DNA from: an uncultured Spirochaetota bacterium
Lineage (GTDB): Bacteria; Spirochaetota; Spirochaetia; SZUA-6; Fen-1364
DNA length: 64,000 nt
NCBI GenBank assembly: GCA_963781885.1
Contig: CAWAHW010000001.1
Span: 1-64,000, forward strand
Reading direction: 5' to 3'
A program made the position numbers and the translations under genes. Of this stretch, positions 38,352 to 48,293 are shown one piece after another. Below the pieces are notes generated by a model that worked only from the letters and a program-made list of their open reading frames with translations, did not search any database and was not told the origin of the DNA. The number at the start of each line of letters is the position of its first letter. The stretch's first letter is position 1.

Positions 38352-39264
38352 TCTTTCGGCCGATCAGGATTCCCGCGACAACCGCCGCGCAGCCCAGCAG
38401 GTGAATCGGGCGCAGAGGCTCGCCGAGCACGAGCGCGGAAAGAACGAGCGCGCTCAACGGGAGGGCGGCGGTGGCGACGCCGGTCCTGCTTGCCGGTATC
38501 CGCAGTGCACCATGCCCCCAGAGAATGTAGGCGATGACGGTCGCCACCGCGCCATAGTACACGAGCGACACCCACCCCACGATCTCGATCTGCCGCAGCC
38601 GGAAGCCGCGCAGATCCAGGAGCGCGAACGGCAGCATCATGAGCGCGCTCATTGCCACGAGGACCGTCGTGTTCGTGATGGAGCCGATGCGCCCACCGGA
38701 TGACTTGCGGAAGATCGTCAGGAGGGATTCGCAGACGGTGGCGCCCAGCACGAGGAGATTGCCGACGAGATACCCGTGGGATCCGCGCGCGGGGTTGCCC
38801 CAGAGATTGATCAGGAGAAGCCCCGCGACCGCAAGCCCCACGCCGCCCGCACCGGCGATGCCGATGCGCTCCTTCAGCACCACTGCGGCGAGCACGGCCA
38901 TGACCGCGGGCGCCGCGCTCGTGATGACTCCGGCATTCACCGCGGAAGTGAAGCGCAGGCCCGACAACGTGCAGACGCGGAAGAGCACGATGCCGAAAAG
39001 GGCCTGGAGAAACATGTAGAGAAGCTCGCGGTGCCCGAGGAGCAGTAGCTCCCGTCGGCGGACGATCTGCGCGGGAAGGATGGCGACAAGGGCGGCACAG
39101 AGGCTCAGCTCGACGGAGAGAAAGACCGGTATGCGTACCGACAGAAGCTTTCCCACGACGACGCTGCTGCCGGCAAGCGCCATTGCAAGAACGACCTCCA
39201 GGAGGCCCCGTCTTTCATCGCGCGAATCGGGGCGGACCGCTGCGGGCAGGGTGTCTGCGCTCAT
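38320..39264 (-). CDS. EamA/DMT-family exporter
   Basis: Ten TM helices; GLRFTSAVNAGVI and LVLGE. Confidence 0.9.
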   Translation of the reverse strand: MSADTLPAAVRPDSRDERRGLLEVVLAMALAGSSVVVGKLLSVRIPVFLSVELSLCAALVAILPAQIVRRRELLLLGHRELLYMFLQALFGIVLFRVCTLSGLRFTSAVNAGVITSAAPAVMAVLAAVVLKERIGIAGAGGVGLAVAGLLLINLWGNPARGSHGYLVGNLLVLGATVCESLLTIFRKSSGGRIGSITNTTVLVAMSALMMLPFALLDLRGFRLRQIEIVGWVSLVYYGAVATVIAYILWGHGALRIPASRTGVATAALPLSALVLSALVLGEPLRPIHLLGCAAVVAGILIGRKSEGGRSAGDR

Positions 39265-39291
39265 ACTTTTCCCGTGTCAAATGTAGGGATG

Positions 39292-39342
39292 GAAAGTGGT
39301 TTACGAAAGGTCCACTTTCATGGATAATTCATAGGTCCACTT
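39292..39342. promoter_or_regulatory. Putative MocR-family operator
   Basis: Direct repeats AGGTCCACTT at 39308 and 39333, plus an inverted copy GAAAGTGG at 39292. Confidence 0.65.
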
Positions 39343-39355
39343 CCAGGAGGGCCCA

Positions 39356-40762
39356 TTGCCATTCCTCGCCATCGACCGCGCGGCGACCGCCCCGCTCACG
39401 CGGCAGGTCTACGATCGGCTGCGGGGGCTCATCCTCGACGGGACGCTGCCGTCGGGATCGCGCCTGCTCTCCACGCGCCGGCTTGCCGCGGAGCTCCGCG
39501 TCTCGCGCAACATCGTCCTCGATGCCTTCGACCAGCTCCTCGCGGAGGGCTATGTCACGACGCGGACCGGCGCCGGCACCTTTGTCGCGACGGGCGCCAC
39601 GTTCCATCCCGGGAACCCGCCGGATCTTTCGGCAATACGCCGCGTCGGATTCAGACCCTTTCACGCGGATCTCATCGATTTTCGCTCCGGCCTTCCCGAT
39701 CTCAGGCTCTTTCCCGTGCGGACATGGCAGCGATTGAGCCGCGAGGTCTGGGGCAGCCTCACGCCGCTGGATCTCTCCTATGCACAGCCGGAAGGCAGGC
39801 CGGAGCTGCGGGAGGAGATCGCCCGCTATATCGCCGCCCATCGGGGGGTGCGCTGCCACCCCGAGCAGATCCTCATCACGGGCGGAACGACGCAGGCTGT
39901 CGGCATCGTGAGCAGGCTGCTCCTCCGCGGCAGCCGCGCCGCCTGCGTCCTGGAGGACCCCGTGACGGCGGACATCCAGCGCATCGTCACGGTTTCGGGG
40001 GGGCGCATCATTGCCGTGCGCGTCGACGGGCAGGGATTGGACGTGGAGGCGCTTCCCGCCCGGGCGCGGCCGGGGTTCATCTATGTCACCCCGTCGCACC
40101 AGTTCCCCCTGGGCGTGACCATGCCCATCCAACGGCGCGCGCGGCTGCTCGCCTGGGCCCGGGCACGCGGCGCCTATGTCGTGGAGGACGACTATGACAG
40201 CGAGTTCCGCTACGACTCGCCGCCCATCAGCTCGATACAGGGCCTGGACCCCCGGCAGGTCGTCTACATCGGCACCTTCAGCAAGACGCTCTGCCCTTCT
40301 CTTCGCATCGGCTATGTCGTCTTCCCTCCGGAGCTGGTGAACAGGGGCCGGGAAGCAAAGTGGTTCACCGACCTGCACAATTCATCCGTGGAGCAGATCG
40401 TCCTCGCGCATTTCATCCGGGAGGGTCATTTCGTGCGCCACCTCCACAGGATGAAGAAGGCCCACCATGCCCTGCGGCTGGCGCTGGAGACCGCGCTCCG
40501 AAAGCAATTCGGCGACGCGGTCGAGATCATCGGAAGCTCCGCGGGCCTCCACCTCTGCGCGCGTTTTCCCGGCGCGCGGTTCAACGCCGCCACCCTTGCA
40601 ACGATCGAGAAGGAAGGCGTGAAGGTTTACCCCGTGGAGGAGCACGCAATCCGCAAAGGACGATGGGCGGACACGCTCGTGCTGGGCTACGGGATGCTCA
40701 CACCCGGCCGCATCGGTGAGGGTATCGCGATCCTCCGGCGCTGCGTGAAGAAAGGCGGGTGA
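39356..40762 (+). CDS. MocR/GabR-family PLP-dependent regulator
   Basis: GntR HTH, VTPSHQFPLG, EDDYDSEFRY and GTFSKTL. Confidence 0.93.
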   Translation: MPFLAIDRAATAPLTRQVYDRLRGLILDGTLPSGSRLLSTRRLAAELRVSRNIVLDAFDQLLAEGYVTTRTGAGTFVATGATFHPGNPPDLSAIRRVGFRPFHADLIDFRSGLPDLRLFPVRTWQRLSREVWGSLTPLDLSYAQPEGRPELREEIARYIAAHRGVRCHPEQILITGGTTQAVGIVSRLLLRGSRAACVLEDPVTADIQRIVTVSGGRIIAVRVDGQGLDVEALPARARPGFIYVTPSHQFPLGVTMPIQRRARLLAWARARGAYVVEDDYDSEFRYDSPPISSIQGLDPRQVVYIGTFSKTLCPSLRIGYVVFPPELVNRGREAKWFTDLHNSSVEQIVLAHFIREGHFVRHLHRMKKAHHALRLALETALRKQFGDAVEIIGSSAGLHLCARFPGARFNAATLATIEKEGVKVYPVEEHAIRKGRWADTLVLGYGMLTPGRIGEGIAILRRCVKKGG

Positions 40763-41295
40763 CGATGCAACACTCCACCATCAGCGCCTGCGGCCGGATG
40801 TTTAATCTTTCGCGCTCGACGCTGCTCTACTACGATTCCATAGGGCTTCTCAGACCCTCGGACAGGACGCCGGCAGGCTATCGTCTGTATGGCGAGCAGG
40901 AATTGAAGCGTCTCGCGCAGATACGGCTTTTTCGCGACCTGGGAATTCCGCTGAAACGGATCGGGGCATACCTCGGAAAGCGGGGCGAAGGCGTCGCGCC
41001 CGTCCTCCTCCAAAGGCTCCTGGCGATCAATGCGGAGATCGATGGGCTGCGCGGCCAGCAGAAGGCGATCCTCGACCTGATCGAGCAGGATGGCGCGCTG
41101 AAAGGCGCAAAGCCTTTCCTCGGCAGGAAAAAGGAGCTGGGCAGGCAGGCGGGAATCACGCCGGCAAACTATCGCGGCATTCACCGGCTCTTCGAGAAGA
41201 CGTCACCCGCCGAGCACCGGAGATTCCTCCGGCACCTCGGCTTCACGACGACGGAGATCCGGACATTCCTGAAGGAAAACGGAAAAAAGAGTTGA
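40759..41295 (+). CDS. MerR-family regulator
   Basis: SRSTLLYYDSIGLL..RTPAGYRLY; C-terminal H..FE...P.EH..FL..LG. Confidence 0.9.
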   Translation: MTMQHSTISACGRMFNLSRSTLLYYDSIGLLRPSDRTPAGYRLYGEQELKRLAQIRLFRDLGIPLKRIGAYLGKRGEGVAPVLLQRLLAINAEIDGLRGQQKAILDLIEQDGALKGAKPFLGRKKELGRQAGITPANYRGIHRLFEKTSPAEHRRFLRHLGFTTTEIRTFLKENGKKS

Positions 41296-41322
41296 CCCGT
41301 CTACGGCTTCACAGTCGAGACT
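41292..41322 (+). promoter_or_regulatory. Putative MerR-type promoter
   Basis: TTGACC-19 bp-GAGACT with a weak dyad in the spacer. Confidence 0.4.
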
Positions 41323-41328
41323 GGGGAC

Positions 41329-41814
41329 ATGAAAACACCTAAATGGAAGGCTGGCGAGCGGAGCGAGCGGATCGGCAGGTTCTCTCTCGATGGAAAGCCC
41401 CGTGACATCTTCCCCCTCCTTTGTCCGGTCCGTGAGTACGAATGGCTGCCGGGCTGGTCGTGCACGATGGCGTATGCGGTCTCGGGCGCGGCGGAGAAGG
41501 ACGCGATCTTTCACACCGTCGAGGCATTCGGGAAAAAGGCGGTGTGGACTCTCATCACGTTTCAGCCGGACGGCTTCGTCGAGTACCTCATCGTTTCCGG
41601 CCGGGATGCGGTGGTCCGGCTCAGCATCTCGCTGGTCGAGAATCCCGCCGGTGGCACCGATGTGACGTGGCGGATGCTCTTCACCACCACCTCGTTGCCG
41701 GGAAAAACGGTGGTGGCCCATGCATTCTCCGAAGAGCGTTTCCGCGCGATGATGGAGCGAAGACAGGCGGAGCTGGGACACTTCCTCACAACGGGGACGA
41801 TGATCGGCACGTGA
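41329..41814 (+). CDS. SRPBCC-like hypothetical protein
   Basis: IFPLLCPVREYEWLPGW; beta-sheet followed by a C-terminal helix. Confidence 0.65.
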   Translation: MKTPKWKAGERSERIGRFSLDGKPRDIFPLLCPVREYEWLPGWSCTMAYAVSGAAEKDAIFHTVEAFGKKAVWTLITFQPDGFVEYLIVSGRDAVVRLSISLVENPAGGTDVTWRMLFTTTSLPGKTVVAHAFSEERFRAMMERRQAELGHFLTTGTMIGT

Positions 41815-41829
41815 GAGGCCGAACCGCAA

Positions 41830-43338
41830 TCATCGTGCCGGATTTTTGTATGGCCGGAGCGCCGCGGGCAATCCGGCCTTTATCGCCTCAAAACCTTGCA
41901 AGGTTTGCCTGCCGATGATGAGCACGGGAAGCTCTGACCGCGTTTCTCGCAGGCCGGCAAGCCGGTCATCCAGGGCATTCGCCACGCCCTCAAGACGAAT
42001 GTCGTGCGACGCCATACGGAGGCCCACGGCGAAAGGACGGGCAAGAGCAGGAAGGTCGTTGTCGATGAAGGACCGGGCGCCCTCATTCGTGGGATCGAGA
42101 TAGACATCTGCCGGAATCATGGGCGATGCCACCGTTGCCCCGGGTTGCGGCGCACCGCCGTCGTCATCGGCGAGAAAATCGTCCAGAAACCAGGAAAGCT
42201 TTTCGTCGAGGCGACCCTGACCGCGCAGAGCGACCGTCCACAGGGGAGCGCCGTTTTCGTCGAAGAAGATCAGGAGGGGCACCGAGCGGACCTGATACGC
42301 GGCGGAAATGCCGCTCGCGTCGTTCTCCAGGAGCGGGAGATGCACGGCGAGGCTCTTTTCAAATGGCGCAAGCGCGCTGAGCACCGCGGGGAGATTGCTC
42401 GGAACCTTAACGCCGATCACGGCGACCCTGCCCCCGCTTTTCTTTTCGAGAGCCGGGGCCAGCCTGTCGAGTGCCTTCAGCTCGTCGACGCAGTAGCCGC
42501 AGGTCGTCTGGAAGAATGCGAACACCGCGCGCTTCCCGTGCAGCTCCGAGTCGGGCCGGGAGAAGGAAAGAAAACGCGACACACCCGTGGACGTGTGGAA
42601 CACTTCTCCGCCGAAGACAGGAAGCGCCTCCACGGAAGGGGACGTGCGCCTGATGTCCTCTTTGATGTCCTTTTTGACGGCGGCAATCTCATCGCGGAAT
42701 TTCTTCCTGTCGGGCAGGAAAAGCCATCGCACGACCAAGCCCACGTCGCGCAGCGGATTCGGCCCTGACTCGTCGTAGTAGCGATACGCCTTGAACTCGA
42801 AAAGGCCCCGTCGGTCGTGTGATTTGCGAAATGCATCCTCGAGGCGCCCTGCATAGAGGGGGGATGGAAAATAATGCCATCCCGCGCGAAGGCCTTGTGC
42901 GATCTCCTTCCAGCCGGCAGATGGGATCGCACCCGGACCCGCAAGCCTCTTCAGCCCGAGGTAGAGACCGCGTGCCGACGAATCAAGGTCGTCCTGGTAG
43001 CCGCTCGCGGATTCCGCGTCGTTTCGGGCAATGCAGGCCTCTTGCAGGAGAGAAAAGATTCCCTGGATAGCCAATTGCGCGGCAAGAGCGGCCCTGCTTT
43101 CGAACGAGAGGTAGCTCACGATCGCGCCGTCCACGCTTCTGTCGTCGACGCCTTTGCGCAGCAAAGGAATATAGGCATCGATCAGGAGATTACATGCCTT
43201 GTCCTTGTTTTGTGGATCGGCTGTCAGGAAGGCCTGATAGGGCGGTTGAAGTCCTGGGGAAATGCCCGTTGTTGGCGCGCTTGCCCGCGCCTGAGCGCTC
43301 GTCAGCGAAAATGCCAGCGCGAAGAGCGCGACGGACAA
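41830..43338 (-). CDS. Exported protein with a TlpA/thioredoxin-like domain
   Basis: FFQTTCGYCVDEL and YQVRSVPLLIFFD; start codon uncertain. Confidence 0.7.
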   Translation of the reverse strand: MSVALFALAFSLTSAQARASAPTTGISPGLQPPYQAFLTADPQNKDKACNLLIDAYIPLLRKGVDDRSVDGAIVSYLSFESRAALAAQLAIQGIFSLLQEACIARNDAESASGYQDDLDSSARGLYLGLKRLAGPGAIPSAGWKEIAQGLRAGWHYFPSPLYAGRLEDAFRKSHDRRGLFEFKAYRYYDESGPNPLRDVGLVVRWLFLPDRKKFRDEIAAVKKDIKEDIRRTSPSVEALPVFGGEVFHTSTGVSRFLSFSRPDSELHGKRAVFAFFQTTCGYCVDELKALDRLAPALEKKSGGRVAVIGVKVPSNLPAVLSALAPFEKSLAVHLPLLENDASGISAAYQVRSVPLLIFFDENGAPLWTVALRGQGRLDEKLSWFLDDFLADDDGGAPQPGATVASPMIPADVYLDPTNEGARSFIDNDLPALARPFAVGLRMASHDIRLEGVANALDDRLAGLRETRSELPVLIIGRQTLQGFEAIKAGLPAALRPYKNPAR

Positions 43339-43342
43339 AGAA

Positions 43343-43372
43343 AAGATCCGTCCGGGAAACCGGACGGATCTT
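43343..43372 (-). terminator. Rho-independent terminator-like hairpin
   Basis: Perfect 13-bp stem AAGATCCGTCCGG/CCGGACGGATCTT with a T-rich tail on the minus strand. Confidence 0.65.
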
Positions 43373-43395
43373 CGGTTTGCAGGAATCTGTTTGTC

Positions 43396-43728
43396 CTACT
43401 TGTACGTGCCGCCCTCAGCGGCACAGTCCGACTGCATTGTGCTTGGGGTCACGGCAGAGCCCCAGTATTCGGTGACGTCGTAGGCTGTCGTACCGGCACC
43501 ATAAGAAAAGCTGCATGAATGGCCGGTGAATCCCTGGGATGCACACGTGCCAAGCGTATAGCCGCCGAGTGTCACAATACTCTCGATAGTGCTGTTGTTC
43601 GTCGAGACTTCCTGGCAGTACCCGTTCACCGTGCCGCCGTACGCGTAGTAGTAGGTTTTGCTGAAGGAACATCCGCCGACCAACAGGACCACGGCCAGGA
43701 CGACGAGCAGACCGATTAGGCGCTTCAT
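43396..43728 (-). CDS. Small Cys-containing lipoprotein
   Basis: GAGGAGG RBS, lipobox VGGC and four further Cys. Confidence 0.8.
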   Translation of the reverse strand: MKRLIGLLVVLAVVLLVGGCSFSKTYYYAYGGTVNGYCQEVSTNNSTIESIVTLGGYTLGTCASQGFTGHSCSFSYGAGTTAYDVTEYWGSAVTPSTMQSDCAAEGGTYK

Positions 43729-43795
43729 TCTCCCTCCTCGAAAAGGATCAATTAGACTTCGGATAACGGCAGCCTACCATCGCAAGACGCGGCGG

Positions 43796-44737
43796 TCAAG
43801 CGCGCAACCGAGCGGCCTCGCTTTCCCGTGCGCGCATGAACCGCTCCGCCTCGTCCCGCGACGGGATGCCCTGCTGCCCGCCGGGCCGCGTCGCCTTGCA
43901 TGCCGCCACCGCGGAGGCGAAGCGGACGCGCGGCGCGACGGACATTCCCCGCACGAGGCCCGCGGCGTAGACGCCGTGAAAGACATCGCCGCAGCCGTTG
44001 GTATCGACCTCGGTGACGGCAAAGGACGGCTGGTGGTAGACCGTCCCCGGCTCCTCGGCGCTCACGTACCAGGACCCCTCGCCGCTCTTCGTGACGACGA
44101 CCGCCGCACGGTCATTCCGCCAGAGCGCCCGCGCGATGCCGGGCCCGTCGGCGATCCCCGTGATCCGGCGGGCGAAATCGAAGGGTAGGATGAGGTGATC
44201 GGAGAGCGACAAGAGATCGGCAAAAAGAGGCCCCGGATCGCGCTCGAGATCGGCCACGACGGGCACGCCGGCCGCGCGCGCGATGCGTGCCGCGCGCACC
44301 ATCCCCTCCAGTCCCACGTGATCGACCAGCAAGACGCGCGCGGCGGCGATGACTGTCGAAGCCGGCAGCCGGGGGTCCGCACCCACGACATGGTCCGCTT
44401 CAAAGAGAATGGTGCGAGTCGTTGCGCGCGTGTCCACGAGTATCGTCGAATGGAAAGGACGCGTGCCCTCGGCGTGCACGAGGTGCTCGACGGACACCCC
44501 TTCAGTGGCGAAGTTCGAGATGATCAGGCGCGACAGCTCGTCAGTACCGAGGCTGCCCGCGTACGCGCACGTGCAGCCCATGCGGCGCGCGGCCACCAGG
44601 GCGGTTCCCGCGATGCCCCCCGCGTGTCTTTCGCGCCTCTGGACCGGCATCTTGGTGTCCGGATCTGGATACTCATCGAGGTAGAGGATGTCGTCCACCG
44701 CCACGGCGCCAAGACCGAGCACATCGAGGGAGGCCAT
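43796..44737 (-). CDS. PfkB-family carbohydrate kinase
   Basis: GGIAGTA and VDTNGCGDVFHG. Confidence 0.9.
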   Translation of the reverse strand: MASLDVLGLGAVAVDDILYLDEYPDPDTKMPVQRRERHAGGIAGTALVAARRMGCTCAYAGSLGTDELSRLIISNFATEGVSVEHLVHAEGTRPFHSTILVDTRATTRTILFEADHVVGADPRLPASTVIAAARVLLVDHVGLEGMVRAARIARAAGVPVVADLERDPGPLFADLLSLSDHLILPFDFARRITGIADGPGIARALWRNDRAAVVVTKSGEGSWYVSAEEPGTVYHQPSFAVTEVDTNGCGDVFHGVYAAGLVRGMSVAPRVRFASAVAACKATRPGGQQGIPSRDEAERFMRARESEAARLRA

Positions 44738-44792
44738 GGCCCGGTAGTGTGGGAGGAATGCACCGCGGGGTCAAGGACGGGGCGTGGTGCCG

Positions 44793-46106
44793 TTACTTGC
44801 GCGAGAGGGCGGATCCGGCAAGCGCGCCATCCTGATCGAGCGGCGCGGGGCTCAACTTGTAGGGGAAGCGGCTGGTGAGCAGGGAATCGATCGCCAGGTA
44901 CGAGGCACCGAGGAGACCGGCGTCTTCGCCAAGGGCCGACACGGCGATCGTGGGCGCCTTGTACGGCACGATGCGCTCCACGTTCTTTCGCAGCGGCTCG
45001 ATGAAGAGCTCCTGCAGGCCGGGCAATCGGCAGAGGTCCCCGCCGAGCACGAGGATCTGGGGATTCAAGATCAGGATAAGGTTGATGATGGCAATCGACA
45101 GGGACTCGACGGTTTGGTCGATGATCTGCCGCGCGGTCGCGTCATTCCGGAGCGCCGCGTCGCAGACGTGGGCAGCCGTGATCTGCTCGATGTCCCCGCC
45201 GGCCAGCTCGACAATGAGCGTCGCACCATCCCGGCGCGCAGCCTCGATTGCTTTGTGCCGGATCCCTTCGATGGAGGCGAGGCTTTCGAGGTATCCTTTG
45301 TTCCGCGCCTGGTAGCTCAGCCCTTCGGCGCCCAGCAGGGTGAAGCCCAGCTCGCCGGAGGCTCCATTCCCGCCGCGGTAAACGTGGCCGTCGACGATGA
45401 TGCCGGCACCGATGCCATTGCTCACTTCCACGAAGACGACGTCGCTGTAGTTCTGCGCCACGCCGAAGTTCACCTCGGCGAGCGCCGACAGCTTCACGAT
45501 ATTCTCCACATAGACGGGGACGTGGTAGCGCTTCTCCAGCGTCTCCGAGAGGTTGACGCCTTCCAGGCTGTCGTACAGCGGTGTCGAGATGCGCGGATAG
45601 AGCGCGCTGCTGGTCGCGGCGGGAATGCCCACGCACACCGCCTTGAGTCTGCCCGCCTTCCGTCGCGGGCGCGCGCTCCCGTCATCGTGGAGGCTGAGGA
45701 TACGGTCGATCTCTGCAATGAGCTCCGGCTCTACTTTCGTGAGCTCGGAGAACTTGAAACCGCTGTACTTGTTGATGATACGTCCCCGGAAATCGGAGAT
45801 CGCGATCTTCGTGCGCTCCTTGATCAGGTCGATGCCGATGACAATTCCCTTCTGGGTATTCACGGCAAGCTGGGAGGCCTTCTTTCCCCTGCCGGTGGTG
45901 ATCTTGTCCGTCTCCACGACGAATCCGTCGCTGATGAGGTGCTCGATCACCCGAGAGACGGCGGGGGCGCTGATGCCGAGGTCCTTGGCGATCTTTGCGC
46001 GATAGACGAGGTCATTGGCGCAGAGGTAGTGGAAAATGATCGATTGATTTATCTCATTCTGAATATTCGCGTTGATGGTCGTGGATACCCGCAGACCCTT
46101 CATCAT
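44793..46106 (-). CDS. ROK-family transcriptional regulator
   Basis: N-terminal HTH, GIDL, GIGAGII, GASGELG and GYLE. Confidence 0.9.
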   Translation of the reverse strand: MMKGLRVSTTINANIQNEINQSIIFHYLCANDLVYRAKIAKDLGISAPAVSRVIEHLISDGFVVETDKITTGRGKKASQLAVNTQKGIVIGIDLIKERTKIAISDFRGRIINKYSGFKFSELTKVEPELIAEIDRILSLHDDGSARPRRKAGRLKAVCVGIPAATSSALYPRISTPLYDSLEGVNLSETLEKRYHVPVYVENIVKLSALAEVNFGVAQNYSDVVFVEVSNGIGAGIIVDGHVYRGGNGASGELGFTLLGAEGLSYQARNKGYLESLASIEGIRHKAIEAARRDGATLIVELAGGDIEQITAAHVCDAALRNDATARQIIDQTVESLSIAIINLILILNPQILVLGGDLCRLPGLQELFIEPLRKNVERIVPYKAPTIAVSALGEDAGLLGASYLAIDSLLTSRFPYKLSPAPLDQDGALAGSALSRK

Positions 46107-46122
46107 ACTTCTTACCTTATGG

Positions 46123-46135
46123 TAACGTAATGTAA
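46123..46135. promoter_or_regulatory. Possible third operator copy upstream of the ROK gene
   Basis: TAACGTAATGTAA matches TAACGTACTGTTA at 11 of 13 positions. Confidence 0.45.
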
Positions 46136-46170
46136 CTTGAGAATCAAGTGCGGCCGCGCCCCGCGGCGGC

Positions 46171-46944
46171 CTATTGCGTCATGATGTCGCCCGCCGTTGC
46201 CAGGAGATGCTCGCCGGTGACGTGGTCCGACAGATGGCTGGCGAAAAACAGCGCGACGCGCGCAATATCCTCAGGCTGCGCGATCCTTTTCAGCGCAGTC
46301 GCCTCGGCGTATTCGTGCTCCTTCTCTGCGGTGGTGAGGAAGGTGCCCTTGAGCATGGGCGTGAGGATCGCACCAGGACAGATGGCATTACAATAGATGC
46401 CGTACCTGCCCATGTCCTTGGCGATGACGCGCGTGAGCCCGATGAGGGCCGCTTTCGAGGAGCCATAGGCGGTTTCATCGGGAAAGGCCGCGACACCCGA
46501 ATCGGAGGCGATATTGACGATCTTGCATCCCCCCTTGGCGACCATGCAGCGGCACACCTCCTGCATGAGGAAGAAGGGGCCCTTCACGTTCACATCGTGG
46601 TGCAGGTCCCAGATCTCCTCCGTCATCTCGAAAAGCGGCGTCGGCCTGCACACACCGGCACAGTTCACAAGGATATCGATGCGGCCGAGCTCTGCATCTA
46701 CCGATCGCACGAGGGTCGCGATCTCCGTGCAATTCCTGACATCGAGCCTGCGAAACAGGGTCTTTCGTCCCGTGCTCTGCGCGATCGCCGCGGCCGCCGC
46801 CCCGCCGGCGGAGGCCTTCATGTCGCAGAGGACCACCACCGCACCCTCGCGCGAGAAAAGATCGGCGATGCCCTCTCCCAAGCCCTGGGCGGCGCCTGTC
46901 ACGAGCGCGATCTTGTTTTCAAGCAACATCCAGGTCTCCTCCAC
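46171..46944 (-). CDS. SDR-family oxidoreductase
   Basis: TGAAQGLG, NCAG and YGSSK. Confidence 0.92.
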   Translation of the reverse strand: MEETWMLLENKIALVTGAAQGLGEGIADLFSREGAVVVLCDMKASAGGAAAAAIAQSTGRKTLFRRLDVRNCTEIATLVRSVDAELGRIDILVNCAGVCRPTPLFEMTEEIWDLHHDVNVKGPFFLMQEVCRCMVAKGGCKIVNIASDSGVAAFPDETAYGSSKAALIGLTRVIAKDMGRYGIYCNAICPGAILTPMLKGTFLTTAEKEHEYAEATALKRIAQPEDIARVALFFASHLSDHVTGEHLLATAGDIMTQ

Positions 46945-46955
46945 GCGGCAGGCGC

Positions 46956-47990
46956 TTAATCGGCCGCGTACGCGAGCTGCTTTCCTTCCGTGCTGGATCT
47001 GCGGATGAGGTCGAGTATCTTCACCGTCTTCGCGGCCTCATACATGGTGGCGTAGGGCCGGGGCTCGCCGCGCAGAAACGCGACGAGGTCGTGATAAAAG
47101 CCGCCCTCAAGACCGGACTCCGCCACGCCGGCCATGCGGATCTTCTGGGTCTCTTTCCTGCCGTCGAGACTTACGAAGCAGACCTCCGCTTCATCCCACA
47201 CCGGGTCGCTCTTTCCCTTGACCTCCAGCGTGCCCCGGGAGCCGATGATGTACCATCGTGGGGCGCTGATGCGCGCGTTGTTGCCGACCTCCATCTGGCA
47301 GATGGTCTGGCCGCCAAAACGCAGGTCCGCGAAGAAGTAGTCGTCCACTTCCTTGCTCCAGACGCCGCTCTGCAGGATGCCATACACGGAAACAGGATCA
47401 CGGCCCATGAGGACAAGGAGCTGGTCCACGAGGTGCGGTCCCCAGTCCAGGAGGATGCCGCCGCCGTATTTCGCCTTGATGCGCCAGGGGTTTGCCATGC
47501 CTTCGATGCCCCAGGCGGGCCACCCCTCGTCGCACAGCATGACCTTCGATTGGATCAGGAGAATGTCGCCGAGCTTCCCCGACGCGATGAGGTCCTGGAC
47601 CAGCAGGAAATCCCTGTCCCAGCGGCTGGAATGGTGCACGAGCAGCTTCCCGCCGTTCTTCTCCGCTGCCGCGATCATCCGCCGGGTGCTCTCGTAGCTC
47701 ATGCTCATCGGCTTTTCGACGATGACATTCTTCTTCTTTTCAAGAGCCTTGATGGTAAGCGATTCATGCATTTCGTTCGTCGTCGTGATGACGACCCACT
47801 CCACGCCATCGGCATCGAGCAGCTTGTCCACGTCCGTGAAAGAGGCGGCGTGGTACTTCTCTTTCATCTCCGCGAGGCGTGCCTCATTCTTGTCGCAGAC
47901 GGCAACGAGGGCGAGCTCCTTGTTCTTCGCGATCCAGCCGGCGTGAAAGCCGCCCATTTTCCCGATGCCGACGATCCCCATACCCACCAT
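46956..47990 (-). CDS. Gfo/Idh/MocA-family oxidoreductase
   Basis: GIGKMG, VEKP and GGILLDWGPHLVD. Confidence 0.9.
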   Translation of the reverse strand: MVGMGIVGIGKMGGFHAGWIAKNKELALVAVCDKNEARLAEMKEKYHAASFTDVDKLLDADGVEWVVITTTNEMHESLTIKALEKKKNVIVEKPMSMSYESTRRMIAAAEKNGGKLLVHHSSRWDRDFLLVQDLIASGKLGDILLIQSKVMLCDEGWPAWGIEGMANPWRIKAKYGGGILLDWGPHLVDQLLVLMGRDPVSVYGILQSGVWSKEVDDYFFADLRFGGQTICQMEVGNNARISAPRWYIIGSRGTLEVKGKSDPVWDEAEVCFVSLDGRKETQKIRMAGVAESGLEGGFYHDLVAFLRGEPRPYATMYEAAKTVKILDLIRRSSTEGKQLAYAAD

Positions 47991-48024
47991 GCGGCAAGCC
48001 TCCTTTGATGGAACGACGGCCCAC

Positions 48025-48276
48025 CTACACGGTGTCGCCTTCATCCCCGATCAGCGCGATCACGGTATTCACCGGTACCTCGTCGCCGGGCTGCGCGAGC
48101 AGCTTCTTCACGTACCCGGCCGCGAATGATTCCACTGTCTGGGTTGTCTTGTCGGTTTCCACTTCCACCAACGGCTCACCGACCGCCACCGGGTCCCCGA
48201 CCTTTTTCAGCCATTGCACGATGGTGCCCGTTTCCATGGTGAGGCCGATCTTCGCGAGCTTTACTTCCACGATCAT
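48025..48276 (-). CDS. Stand-alone lipoyl-domain protein (83 aa)
   Basis: WLKKVGDPV...VEVETDKT; GGAGG RBS; clean stop followed by the next gene's RBS. Confidence 0.88.
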   Translation of the reverse strand: MIVEVKLAKIGLTMETGTIVQWLKKVGDPVAVGEPLVEVETDKTTQTVESFAAGYVKKLLAQPGDEVPVNTVIALIGDEGDTV

Positions 48277-48293
48277 GACGGGGTCCTCCGCAT

